Assembly: GCA_950097015.1 (NCBI GenBank) | Contig: CATNEN010000035.1 | Span: forward strand, 1,538,099-1,602,098 | DNA: 64,000 nucleotides | Origin: Macrostomum hystrix | Taxonomy: Eukaryota > Animalia > Platyhelminthes | Reading direction: 5' to 3' | In this document: one piece after another, positions 47,773 through 61,091 of the stretch | How the letters are laid out: each line of letters starts with the position of its first letter | Position numbering within the stretch: the first letter of the stretch is position 1 | Made by a program: the position numbers and the translations under genes | Notes under the pieces: model-generated | Databases searched by the model: none | Told to the model about the DNA's origin: nothing | Seen by the model: the letters and a program-made list of their open reading frames with translations, nothing else

Positions 47773-48272
47773 GGTAGATTATCTAAACATCTGCAAAACT
47801 GAGGCTTCAGGGAGAGTGAAACTTCAGGGAGATTGAAACTTCATCGCAATGACTTCGCATCGAAATCGGTACAAACATCACGTGTTGCTGTATCTGCGTT
47901 CGGATGTGTTTGAGGCCGGAGCAGAGCAGAGTTGTTTTAACCCGGAAATTTATAACAATGTCATGTTACGACGCAAATCCACGCGAATTTAAATGCACAT
48001 CGTGTGGCCTTGTTCGAAGAAATCAGTGTCCTGTCCCCCAAAGTCAAAGTTGACGTATTTTGTTATCCGTTTTCTAAATTGAATTAAATTTAATTCAGTT
48101 TATTTCTCCAACTTCTTGTTATTAATTTTATTGGTAGAGTATATGACACTTATGCATGTCATACTGAGGCTCCCATTTGTACATTATTCAACTTTTTCAT
48201 CACAACTCAGAGTACAAGTTTGAACTACTTGCGGAGTAGACGTTTTCAGTATAAATTACCACTCTTTATCAG

Positions 48273-51200
48273 ATGTCACCTAATCCATTGAAAGATCAAC
48301 AATCTAACTCAGATATGAGACAATCCTTGCCAGTGCCAGCCATATTAAATGGTATTGATAATGGTGCACATGGTCATATAGAAAACTGTTCTAATCAGAA
48401 TGTAGAAGTCATTTCTAATTCAGCTTTGCCACATGTCAATGTAAGTACTTATTTATGTTTATGAGGTGAAATTTTTTAGTAGTATAGCTGGTTTGAAAAT
48501 TGGCAATGGCTAGGCCTAATTATATTATGCTAAGTCTACTAAGCTAGGAATAGTCAATAGACAGCTTGCTTTTTTGTTGCTGAACATTTCATCATGATTT
48601 TTTATCATATTCATAATAAATCATACTATTATATGCTTAAAAAACATACATTATTACAAGTAAATAATAGACCATGGCTATCTATAAATTGTCTAAATAT
48701 TTTCTTACTCCTCAAAGTGCAAAGAACTGTTGTTTTTGCATGAAAACTTAACTAAAGTTTTGCTTAACAGTGGTGCAACTAGGATTTTTTAGGGGGTGGA
48801 GAGGGGTGGACCAAGTGTGAATCATCCTAGATGAGTAGCAGATGGTTCAAAGGCCATTTTGGTTAAATATATATTTGGTCCCCTTTGCCTTGTTATCTTT
48901 TGGTTTCTTCTGCAGAAAGGGTTGGTTACCTCCCACCTAGTTGCACCAGTGTTGCTTAACTTCTGTTCTAATTATAGTTGACTATAATAAGTGATAAATG
49001 TAACTGCAAACTGAAAAAAAAGAGTTCAGTATACTTGAGAATGCTTTGTGCTTTGCAATCAATTAAACTGTAGAAAATGTTTCCTGCACTTCCATAAGTC
49101 CCCCAACTTGTATATGCCTGATATTATAAAAGGGGTGTCCCAAAATTTTCCTGAATTCCCTCAAAAGGTGCTTAAAGTTTCGCCAAAGTTCTCTGATACA
49201 AAATGCAAGATAAAAGCAAAACATTTATAGTAAAGATTTACATTTATAAAAATAGCTTGAATTGAAAAATATTGTATTTGCTTCCTAGTAACAAACATTT
49301 AAAGTTACTATTATTGCCCACATAACATTGTGGTAAGTAAAATATTCAGAAATTGTAGATGTGACTCCAACTTAAATATTTACCCACTATAAAATTTGAC
49401 TAAACTGCACGTTTTAAAAAAAAGTTTGTTACAATATTGTTGTTGTGCTCAGTATTTTTTTACTTTTATTTATCTTTTAAAGCACCATATTCAGCAATTT
49501 TCATTAATTTCAGCTTTTGTTTGGTTAGCCCTAAAAGATTATCTCATAAATTAACATTTTTAAGTTCTTTATATTTAAACCTTGACATATTTCTGCCACT
49601 AATTTGTTTTAGTTACTCATTAGTTTTAAGTATATTTGAACATTGGTTTCAAAATAAATACTTAAGTTCACATATGTTCTAATAAATAATTCGAACTCCA
49701 GAACTCTCAGTCAGAAGTCGATGCTCATAGTCTCCCTAGCTGAGATTCGAACTCCCGACCTCTCAGTCAGAAGCCGACGCTCATAGTCTCACTAGCTGAG
49801 ATTCGAACTCCCGACCTCTCAGTCAGAAGCCGACGCTCATAGTCTCACTAGCTGAGATTCGAACTCCAGACCTCTCAGTCAGAAGCCAATGCTCTAATCC
49901 TAGATAGGCATTAGGCTACAAGATACATTTTCTATCCTTCGTATATTTAAGAATAAAACTTTCTTTTCAATTTGTCGCTTACCAGACTCTAGACCCGCTA
50001 ATCAGTTCGGACCAGTCTGTGCTGTCGCCAGACGTTGTTGGCCCGGACGATCCTGCAAGCGGTGTCGGTGATGGCAGCTCGCTGACCATTGCCCGCCGAG
50101 TTCTCTACGGTTTAGCAGCGCCGCCGTCGGCCATGTGCGGCAATATTCTCGGCTTTCTCATGTCTGTCTATCTATTGGATGTGGCCAAGCTTACGCCAAG
50201 CCTAATTCTCACAATCTCCTTCACTGGACGATTCTGGGACGCAATATCTGATCCCATTGTTGGCTATCTGGTATCGCGGACTAATACTAGATTTGGCAAA
50301 TGCAGAATCTGGGTGCTAGCCTCCGCACCCTTCTGCGGCCTGTCATTCTTCTTGTTTTTTAATACACCCTATTGGAGCTCGCTCTATGGCCGTTTTGTCT
50401 ACTACTTTGCCATGTACCTCTGCTTCTGCACTTTTCTGACGGTAAGCGCCAGGAACATTTTCCTATTTAATACATTTCATAATTGAGTTCCTGTCTCCTT
50501 TTATGGTATATTAATCCTTATTTCCCTGGCCTCGCTTCAAATGACTAGCTGTTGACTAGCTGTTGACTAGCTGTTGACTAGCTGTTGACTAGCTGTTGAC
50601 TAGCTGTTGACTAGCTGTTGACTAGCTGTTGACTAGCTGTTGACTAGCTGTTGGCTAGCTGTTGACTAGCTGTTGACTAGCTGTTGACTAGCTGTTGACT
50701 AGTCACGCTTGTCATGCAAATCCTATTTATAGGATATTTGTATCATCGTCAGTGCTAAAGTACAAATTCGTCACCTGACCATTTTGTGTGCTTCCATAAA
50801 ATAGGCCCGTTAAAACTCCCCTTTCCATCTGCCCACACTTAATCCATTCTCCCTAATGTCACGTGACAAGTTCCCACTCGGGAAGTTTCTCTTTAGTAGG
50901 AATGCAAAAGTTTAGCAACTTTATTAGGCAAACTTATGTTTGCTTTTACAGTACATCTGCCAGACAAGAGTTAAGCTGCGATAAAAATTGATTCCTGAAA
51001 GACTGATACTCGTATATCCCATGAATGACCTACTTGTCATATAAATCACTGATTTATCCCATGAATAACTGATTGGTTCCATGAGTGACTGATTGGTTTC
51101 ACGAGTGACTGTTTGGTTTCACGAGTGACTGTTTGGTTTCACGAGTGACTGTTTGGTTTCACGAGTGACTGTTTGGTTTCACGAGTGACTGATTGGTTTC

Positions 51201-54200
51201 ACGAGTGACTGTTTGGTTTCACGAGTGACTGTTTGGTTTCACGAGTGACTGTTTGGTTTCACGAGTGACTGTTTGGTTTCACGAGTGACTGATTGGTTTC
51301 ACGAGTGACTGATTGGTTTCACGAGTGACTGATTGGTTTCACGAGTGACTGATTGGTTTCACGAGTGACTGTTTGGTTTCACGAGTGACTGTTTTGTTCC
51401 ATGAGTGACTGTTTGGTTTCACGAGTGACTGATTGGTTTCACGAGTGACTGATTGGTTTCACGAGTGACTGATTGGTTTCACGAGTGACTGATTGGTTTC
51501 ACGAGTGACTGATTGGTTTCACGAGTGACTGATTGGTTTCACGAGTGACTGATTGGTTTCACGAGTGACTGATTGGTTTCACGAGTGACTGTTTGGTTTC
51601 ACGAGTGACTGTTTGGTTTCACGAGTGACTGTTTGGTTTCACGAGTGACTGATTGGTTTCACGAGTGACTGATTGGTTTCACGAGTGACTGATTGGTTTC
51701 ACGAGTGACTGTTTGGTTTCACGAGTGACTGATTGGTTTCACGAGTGACTGATTGGTTTCACGAGTGACTGATTGGTTTCACGAGTGACTGATTGGTTTC
51801 ACGAGTGACTGTTTGGTTTCACGAGTGACTGATTGGTTTCACGAGTGACTGTTTGGTTTCACGAGTGACTGTTTGGTTCCATGAGTGACTGTTTTGTTCC
51901 ATGAGTGACTGTTTGGTTTCACGAGTGACTGATTGGTTTCACGAGTGACTGTTTGGTTTCACGAGTGACTGTTTGGTTTCACGAGTGACTGTTTGGTTCC
52001 ATGAGTGACTGATTGGTTCCATGAGTGACTGATTGGTTCCATCTTAAGACACGCCTTGCTAAACCTCATTTCTGACCTTACCAGATTCCTTACACATCCA
52101 TGACTATGCTCATTTCAGACCTACCACATTCCTTACACATCCATGACTATGTTCATATCGTCTCGATCTGCTGACCGTGACGCGGCGACAACATTTCGTA
52201 AGCAAATTAATGATTTTATATCTGTCCTGTACGCTGTAATTCTGCTTAGTGACAGATTTAGCTGTTGTCAAGACCTCGTAATTCCTTGTCAACGTATCCT
52301 AAAAAAGATTAGAATAATAGAATCCAATCAGCCATGTAGTAGTTAGTTCACATCTCGTGGTGCGATCAATGCTAACCCAGTCTGTCTGGGAGTGCTTGCG
52401 TTTGCTGGCCTGAATTCCTTCCCTCTGGGGATAAACTGTACACTACATCCTCTGTTAGCCCTCTCTCCCACGCGCGCACTCTGGTTCAGCCTTCACTCTC
52501 CCATCGGGAGATGCTTGAGTTCGCGCGAACCTTCCTAGTAGGACCTTTTTAGGGTCTAAGTGCGTAAGTGCGGCCACACCCTCTCATGGCGGCCCGCGCC
52601 ATTTTTGAAACTTGCACTAGGCCTATGAGATCTTGCTAGTTCTCCTATACTCACTATTGAGTTCATTCCTCCACTGTACTGTCATTATCTCACTATCTAT
52701 CGCCCTTCAAAGATTCCTATTGACTATTTGAGCCATTGTTGGGGACAGAGTTTTCTGTCTCTGTCCCAATTGTTTCTCACTAACTTTCACGCATTAGATG
52801 AGACTTTGTCGCCTACACACCTATGACCGAACTAATTTTTAGTGTAATTCTCAATACTACTTAAAGTAGAGACACACACATTTCTCATTCTTTACCTGGT
52901 AAAGTAATTTGGTTTTTTATAAGGTTACAACTCAAACCTGAGAACTTCTGAGTTCTCATCCTTGTCCGCAAAAATCTGACTAGCAAGCAATCCACTCATC
53001 ACAATGGCTAGACTAGCAATCCACTTATCTCAGTGGCTAGACTAGCAATCCACTCATCACAATGGCTAGACTAGCAATCCACTTATCTCAGTGGCTAGAC
53101 TAGCAATCCACTTATCTCAGTGGCTAGACTAGCAATCCACTTATCTCAGTGGCTAGACTAGCAATCCACTTATCTCAGTGGCTAGACTAGCAATACACTC
53201 ATCTCAGTGGCTAGACTAGCAATCCACTCTCATTTAAATGGCTAGACTAGCAATCCACTCATCTCAGTGGCTAGACTAGCAATCCACTCATCTCAGTGGC
53301 TAGACTAGCAATCCACTCTCATTTAAATGGATAGACTAGCAATCCACTCATCTCAGTGGCTAGACTAGCAATCCACTCTCATTTAAATGGCTAGACTAGC
53401 AATCCACTCATCTCAGTGGCTAGACTAGCAATCCACTTATCTCAGTGGCTAGACTAGCAATCCACTTATCTCAGTGGCTAGACTAGCAATCCACTTATCT
53501 CAGTGGCTAGACTAGCAATCCACTTATCTCAGTGGCTAGACTAGCAATACACTCATCTCAGTGGCTAGACTAGCAATCCACTTATCTCAGTGGCTAGACT
53601 AGCAATACACTCATCTCAGTGGCTAGACTAGCAATCCACTCTCATTTAAATGGCTAGACTAGCAATCCACTCATCTCAGTGGCTAGACTAGCAATCCACT
53701 TATCTCAGTGGCTAGACTAGCAATCCACTTATCTTAGTGGCTAGACTAGCAATCCACTTATCTCAGTGGCTAGACTAGCAATCCACTTATCTCAGTGGCT
53801 AGACTAGCAATCCACTTATCTCAGTGGCTAGACTAGCAATCCACTTATCTCAGTGGCTAGACTAGCAATACACTCATCTCAGTGGCTAGACTAGCAATCC
53901 ACTTATCTCAGTGGCTAGACTAGCAATACACTCATCTCAGTGGCTAGACTAGCAATCCACTCTCATTTAAATGGCTAGACTAGCAATCCACTCATCTCAG
54001 TGGCTAGACTAGCAATCCACTCATCTCAGTGGCTAGACTAGCAATCCACTCTCATTTAAATGGCTAGACTAGCAATCCACTCATCTCAGTGGCTAGACTA
54101 GCAATCCACTCTCATTTAAATGGCTAGACTAGCAATCCACTCATCTCAGTGGCTAGACTAGCAATCCACTTATCTCAGTGGCTAGACTAGCAATCCACTT

Positions 54201-57200
54201 ATCTCAGTGGCTAGACTAGCAATCCACTTATCTCAGTGGCTAGACTAGCAATCCACTTATCTCAGTGGCTAGACTAGCAATACACTCATCTCAGTGGCTA
54301 GACTAGCAATCCACTTATCTCAGTGGCTAGACTAGCAATACACTCATCTCAGTGGCTAGACTAGCAATCCACTCATCTCAGTGGCTAGACTAGCAATACA
54401 CTCATCTCAGTGGCTAGACTAGCAATCCACTCTCATTTAAATGGCTAGACTAGCAATCCACTCATCTCAGTGGCTAGACTAGCAATCCACTCATCTCAGT
54501 GGCTAGACTAGCAATCCACTCTCATTTAAATGGCTAGACTAGCAATCCACTCATCTCAGTGGCTAGACTAGCAATCCACTCTCATTTAAATGGCTAGACT
54601 AGCAATCCACTCATCTCAGTGGCTAGACTAGCAATCCACTCATCTCAGTGGCTAGACTAGCAATCCACTTATCTCAGTGGCTAGACTAGCAATCCACTTA
54701 TCTCAGTGGCTAGACTAGCAATCCACTTATCTCAGTGGCTAGACTAGCAATATACTCATCTCAGTGGCTAGACTAGCAATCCACTTATCTCAGTGGCTAG
54801 ACTAGCAATCCACTTATCTCAGTGGCTAGACTAGCAATCCACTTATCTCAGTGGCTAGACTAGCAATCCACTTATCTCAGTGGCTAGACTAGCAATACAC
54901 TCATCTCAGTGGCTAGACTAGCAATCCACTTATCTCAGTGGCTAGACTAGCAATACACTCATCTCAGTGGCTAGACTAGCAATCCACTTATCTCAGTGGC
55001 TAGACTAGCAATACACTAATCTCAGTGGCTAGACTAGCAATCCACTTATCTCAGTGGCTAGACTAGCAATCCACTCATCTCAGTGGCTAGACTAGCAATC
55101 CACTCATCTCAGTGGCTAGACTAGCAATCCACTCTCATTTAAATGGCTAGACTAGCAATCCACTCATCTCAGTGGCTAGACTAGCAATCCACTCTCATTT
55201 AAATGGCTAGACTAGCAATCCACTCTCATTTAAATGGCTAGACTAGCAATCCACTCATCTCAGTGGCTAGACTAGCAATCCACTTATCTCAGTGGCTAGA
55301 CTAGCAATCCACTTATCTCAGTGGCTAGACTAGCAATCCACTTATCTCAGTGGCTAGACTAGCAATATACTCATCTCAGTGGCTAGACTAGCAATCCACT
55401 TATCTCAGTGGCTAGACTAGCAATCCACTCTCATTTAAATGGCTAGACTAGCAATCCACTCATCTCAGTGGCTAGACTAGCAATCCACTCTCATTTAAAT
55501 GGCTAGACTAGCAATCCACTCTCATTTAAATGGCTAGACTAGCAATCCACTCATCTCAGTGGCTAGACTAGCAATCCACTCATCTCAGTGGCTAGACTAG
55601 CAATCCACTCTCATTTAAATGGCTAGACTAGCAATCCACTCTCATTTAAATGGCTAGACTAGCAATCCACTCATCTCAGTGGCTAGACTAGCAATCCACT
55701 CATCTCAGTGGCTAGACTAGCAATCCACTCTCATTTAAATGGCTAGACTAGCAATCCACTCTCATTTAAATGGCTAGACTAGCAATCCACTTATCTCAGT
55801 GGCTAGACTAGCAATCCACTCTCATTTAAATGGCTAGACTAGCAATCCACTCTCATTTAAATGGCTAGACTAGCAATCCACTCATCTCATTGGCTAGACT
55901 AGCAATCCACTCTCATTTAAATGGCTAGACTAGCAATCCACTCTCATTTAAATGGCTAGAGTAGCAATCCACTCATCTCAGTGGCTAGACTAGCAATCCA
56001 CTCTCATTTAAATGGCTAGAGTAGCAATCCACTCATCTCAGTGGCTAGACTAGCAATCCACTCTCATTTAAATGGCTAGACTAGCAATCCACTCATCTCA
56101 GTGGCTAGACTAGCAATCCACTCTCATTTAAATGGCTAGACTAGCAATCACTCTCATTTAAATGGCTAGACTAGCAATCCACTCTCATTTAAATGGCTAG
56201 ACTAGCAATCCACTCATCTCAGTGGCTAGACTAGCAATCCACTCATCTCAGTGGCTAGACTAGCAATCCACTCTCATTTAAATGGCTAGACTAGCAATCC
56301 ACTCTCATTTAAATGGCTAGACTAGCATCCACTCATCTCATTGGCTAGACTAGCAATCCACTCTCATTTAAATGGCTAGACTAGCAATCCACTCTCATTT
56401 AAATGCTAGACTAGCAATCCACTCTCATTTAAATGGCTAGACTAGCAATCCACTCATCTCAGTGGCTAGACTAGCAATCCACTCATCTCAGTGGCTAGAC
56501 TAGCAATCCACTCTCATTTAAATGGCTAGACTAGCAATCCACTCTCATTTAAATGGCTAGACTAGCAATCCACTCATCTCATTGCTAGACTAGCATCCAC
56601 TCTCATTTAAATGGCTAGACTAGCAATCCACTCTCATTTAAATGGCTAGAGTAGCAATCCACTCATCTCAGTGGCTAGACTAGCAATCCACTCTCATTTA
56701 AATGGCTAGAGTAGCAATCCACTCATCTCAGTGGCTAGACTAGCAATCCACTCTCATTTAAATGGCTAGACTAGCAATCCACTCATCTCAGTGGCTAGAC
56801 TAGCAATCCACTCATCTCAGTGGCTAGACTAGCAATCCACTCTCATTTAAATGGCTAGACTAGCAATCCACTCTCATTTAAATGGCTAGACTAGCAATCC
56901 ACTCATCTCAGTGGCTAGACTAGCAATCCATTCTCATTCAAATGGGTAGACTGGCAATCCTCACCTCACTCCACCAGGGATGGTCTTCGAGATGCTCGGC
57001 ACCCTTTGCGGCGTCATGACCTTCACCTTCATCACCCAGCACGGCCCAGACCGTTGCAACACCGCCGTCGCGGTCGTAGCCTCATTCAATGAAACCCTGC
57101 AGCCGGCTGTCCAAGCCGACGTCCGGCCCGAAGAGGAGGGCCGCTACCGACTTGGCGCCGCCATCATCGCCTGCGTGGTGGCCGTCTGCGGCTGCATCGG

Positions 57201-58160
57201 CTTCTTCGGCACCAGAGAAGTGACGAACCAGAAGCCGACCCACTAACCAGCAGCTCAGCAAACAGCTCAACCAGCGCCTGCTGCGGCATGATATCGGCAT
57301 TCAGCCGGTGCCTTCGGCATCGCTCCTACAGGCAGCTGATGCTGACATTCATGCTGAGCTCATTGGCTATCCAGACGGTGCAGAACAGCCTGGCCCTGTA
57401 CACCATCTACAGTCTGCGCATGAAGCGTCACCTGAAGTTTGCCATAGCCATAGTCATGTCAGTTGCCATCCTGGCCACTCCTCTAGTCTTCTTTGCCATC
57501 GGTCGGCTGGGCAAGAAACCCGTGTTCTATATTGGCCTATTTCTCATCCTGCCCGTGTGCATCTCGGCCACTTTCTGTCCGGCCGAGGATCGCTTCGTGC
57601 CGCTCTACTATGCCACCATGGTGGTGGCCGGCTGCTTTGTCAGCGTCAACATGCTCCTGCCCTGGATTATGCTGCCTGATGTCATTGACGACTACGCCGC
57701 CTCGACTGGCAGATCCAGCGAGAACGAAGCGGCCACATTCTACAGTCTGTACGTGTTCTTCAACAAATTCGCTGTTGGCATGAGCACCGCCTGCTTGCAG
57801 CTGGCCCTTCACCTCACCGGCTATCAGCAGCCGCCAGCCTGCACCCAGACTGATGCCGTTGCTATGGCGTTGCGATGCATGATCGGCCCGGTGCCTATGC
57901 TGCTGGTGTTGGGCGCGTTCCTCGCCCTGCGTCGCTACCCGATCACTAGAGCCTACAGGGCTATGCTGGACCAGAGGCTGGCAAAGTCCACTGCCGCAGC
58001 GGTTGAACCTCTGGACGCCACTGAGATGATGAGCAGCCAGCATGTGGTTGATCAAGCTAATGGGATTTATCTACTGTCAGAGCTTGATTTCTTCTTTGCG
58101 GCCACTTTCACTTTCTTTAGTTACAAGCGTAGCTCTTTGTCCCTTTTTTGTGCTGGCTAA
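48273..58160 (+). CDS. MFSD2: MFSD2-like Na+-dependent lysolipid symporter (GPH/MelB family MFS); exons 48273-48440, 49986-50441, 52119-52197 and 56978-58160, with a -1 frameshift at about 57225
   Basis: GRFWDAISDPIVG (cation-site Asp pair), TYHIPYTSMTMFISSRSADRDAATTF-RMVFEMLGT, LLPWIMLPDVIDD and FYSLYVFFNKFAVG are colinear with MFSD2A motifs. Intron phases 0/0/1 are consistent. Confidence 0.9.
49689..49899 (-). repeat. 56-bp tandem repeat (about 3.7 copies) of a tRNA/SINE head, in MFSD2 intron 1
   Basis: The minus-strand unit AGCTAGTGAGACTATGAGCGTCGGCTTCTGACTGAGAGGTCGGGAGTTCGAATCTC carries an anticodon-loop-like CTTCTGA and the B-box GTTCGAATC. Period 56 (49742, 49798, 49854). Confidence 0.85.
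50542..50702. repeat. 11-bp minisatellite (GACTAGCTGTT)n in MFSD2 intron 2
   Basis: About 14 units. Confidence 0.95.
51065..52041. repeat. 20-bp minisatellite (GTTTCACGAGTGACTGWTTG)n in MFSD2 intron 2
   Basis: About 48 units. Confidence 0.96.
52975..56950. repeat. 4-kb two-variant satellite (29-bp ..CCACTYATCTCAG and 31-bp ..CCACTCTCATTTAAA, shared core TGGCTAGACTAGCAAT) in MFSD2 intron 3
   Basis: About 130 units, directly visible. Confidence 0.97.
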
Positions 58161-58879
58161 TTAGGTAGGTCTTTTTCGCCCCTTTCCGTTGGTCTTTTTA
58201 GTAGGTCTTTGTCCCATTTCAAGCGGTCTATAGTGAGGTCTTGCACCATTTCCATTGTTTTATCTTTGAGATTTAGATTTTTCTTTTATTTAGGGGTTTC
58301 TCTAATTTAATTTGTTCTATTAGTGAAGTCTTTGTCCCATTTCTATTGGTCTATAAGTGAGGTCTTTGTCCTATTCTCGTTGGTCTATTAGTGTGGTCCC
58401 ATTTAGTTTGGTATATTAGTAAGTCTTTGTATGCAATTTCTATTGTTCTGTTAGTGCTGTCTTTGATTAGCTATTGTTAGTTTTTTGTGAGTTTTCTTCA
58501 CTTTTTGTTTTCCTTAAGTTAAATATATTTCTATTTTTTCCTTGCTTAACATTGCATTAATGATACATTTTATAGAATTCCTGCAAACTAACAGTTTTTG
58601 TTTAAATTGCATTTACATGTATAACACAAACAAATGCAAGTTGCAAAATATCTGCCATATGATCAGTTTAAATAATACAATCTAAAGAATGTCAGTCATC
58701 TCATTGTGCTTGTTACCTGTTCAGAAAACACGCAACAATTTTTTTTCAGGAGCTGATTAACTTTTTTGCTTAGTTATGCACGTTTCTGCTCAAATATGCA
58801 TTCACATTCAGCTGCCATTGTTCACCTTTATATATCTTTTGCCTAGTTACGATAAAAAACTATTTACATGCACTCTATA

Positions 58880-59570
58880 ACAACCCCTCCAGTTCAAATA
58901 CCAATATACACACACAACACCAGCCCCTCCAGTTCTCACCCCAATGTACACACACTCCTCACCAGCCCTTCAGTTCTAACCCCAATGTACACAACTCCCC
59001 ACCAACCCCTCCAGTTCTAACCCCAATGTACACAACTCCCCACCAACCCCTCCAGTTCTAACCTCAATGTACACACACTCCCACCAACCCCTCCAGTTCT
59101 AACCTCAATGTACACACACTCCCCACCAACCCCTCCAGTTCTAACCTCAATGTACACACACTCCCCACCAACCCCTCCAGTTCTAACCTTAATGTACACA
59201 CTCCCCATGAACCCCTCCAGTTCTACCCCCAATGTACACACTCCCACCAACCCCTCCAGTTCTAACCCTAATGTACACACTCCCCACCAACCCCTCCAGT
59301 TCTAACCCTAATGTACACACATCCTCACCAACCCCTCCAGTTCTAACCCCAATGTACACACATCCTCACCAACCCCTGCAGTTCTAACCCAAATGTACAC
59401 ACACTCCCCACCAACCCCTCCAGTTCCAATCTAAATGTACACACCATACCAGCCCCTCAAGTTCTAACCCCTATGTGCGCACTCCCCACCAACCCCTCCA
59501 GTTCTAACCCCAATGTACACACTCCCTACCAACCCCTCAAGTTCTAACCCCAATGTACACGCACTCCACA
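58880..59570. repeat. Degenerate ~38-41-bp minisatellite (CCCTCCAGTTCTAACCYCAATGTACACACACTCCCCACCAA)n
   Basis: Directly visible. Confidence 0.92.
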
Positions 59571-61091
59571 CTTTCCGCCAGTTGTTATCCATAATGCACC
59601 TAATCACATTGCTTGTACTTTTATTACACTTTTCAGGGTGTTTACATTAATCCTAAATGACTGAACTGTTACACAAAGTTCGCGCAATATTCAGTTGCCG
59701 GGTGATTCAGATGCCTAGGACTCAATCAGCAGTTTTTTTTCAAGTTTCTTAGTTTTTCTAGCTTGAAGCAATCGATGTGCATTATTGAAGTAATTGTATT
59801 TACTGTTGTTAAGATTTATTTCTTTGCTATTTAACTATTCCATGCATTGTAGCACGCTCACTAACTTTCTCGCATTAATATAGATAAGAAATTATTGTAC
59901 TAAATGAAAATAAAATAATTTTTAATGATCAAAGCCAGTGTTTCTGTTTTGTTCTCTTTAGCGCTGACAAAATTATTTTTACTTTTTCCTGCCCTACCTA
60001 AATTAGCTCACACAACTGTGGTGTTACCTGTATTTTTCTTTTCTCAGTGTTTTTGTCACACCTTTTTTCAATGAAACCACCACATGCTGTAAGCGCCCGT
60101 GCGCGAAGTCTTTGTTAACTTGCGGTTGTTTGTGCGCGAACGCAGTTGAAACTGTTCTATATGATTGAAATTACCAAATATATTATACCTGTACGCATAT
60201 ACATATGCCAAGTGGCCAGATCATAACCCTTTAAAGGTTTTTTTATTTCCTAAACTTTAACGTCTTTGATTTTTTTTACGGAACAAAGAGCCGGCTCACG
60301 GGTGTAACAGCCCTAACCAGGATAGGATGCTGTACACAATCAGAATGTGAATGTGTCTTAAATGACCGACATTATAACACACAATTTCACAACCGAACAA
60401 ACTAGAAGTTAATTAACTAGAAGTTAATTAAGTTAATTGTCTGAGAACAACACTCGAAAATTAAAGACATTTCTTCTGAATTAGCATGTGCAGAGCTTTT
60501 CGTTTTTATTAGGAATTGGAACATATTACGAGTACATAATATACAGGTCTCAACTGAACTACACTACTACTGAATAAGTAATAAGTAGTACATTATCATT
60601 GTATTCACTAAGCAAAATTATTAATTTGCTTAAAGTACTTTCGCATTGGAAAGTGGTTCGGCTGCGACTAGTCGAATTACAAAGCTCGAATGCGAAAGTA
60701 AAACATAAATATTAACGCATTTGTGAATAAATTTGTTAGTCAAATATTGTTTAAAAAATCACAAAATAAGAAAAAAGTATATATAATTACATCATACTAT
60801 CCAGCAATTTTTATCTAAATTTCGAAGAACAAAATTCAGACAGAATTGCGTCTGAAGCAGCTTACATGGGTTACTTTGATGGTCATTGACCACGGTTAAA
60901 CAGGGATTCCACGAACATCAGGGTAGGATTAAGTACGAGTATAAATTAACAATTATCCAGTATTCGAATATTTCTGTGCAGCCTGTAACTTAAATAAGCT
61001 AGTTGAGTTCTGCAAACAGCGAGCAAAAAAAGTAATATGCAACCGACCATGCCAAAAAAACACCTGACGAAGGCTGCGCGTTACATTGATT

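Noticed and set aside
52340-52625. GC-rich promoter-like patch in MFSD2 intron 3 (CGCCATTTT and ATGGCG YY1-like motifs)
   Set aside because: No associated ORF or RNA gene is recognisable, and short motifs alone are insufficient.
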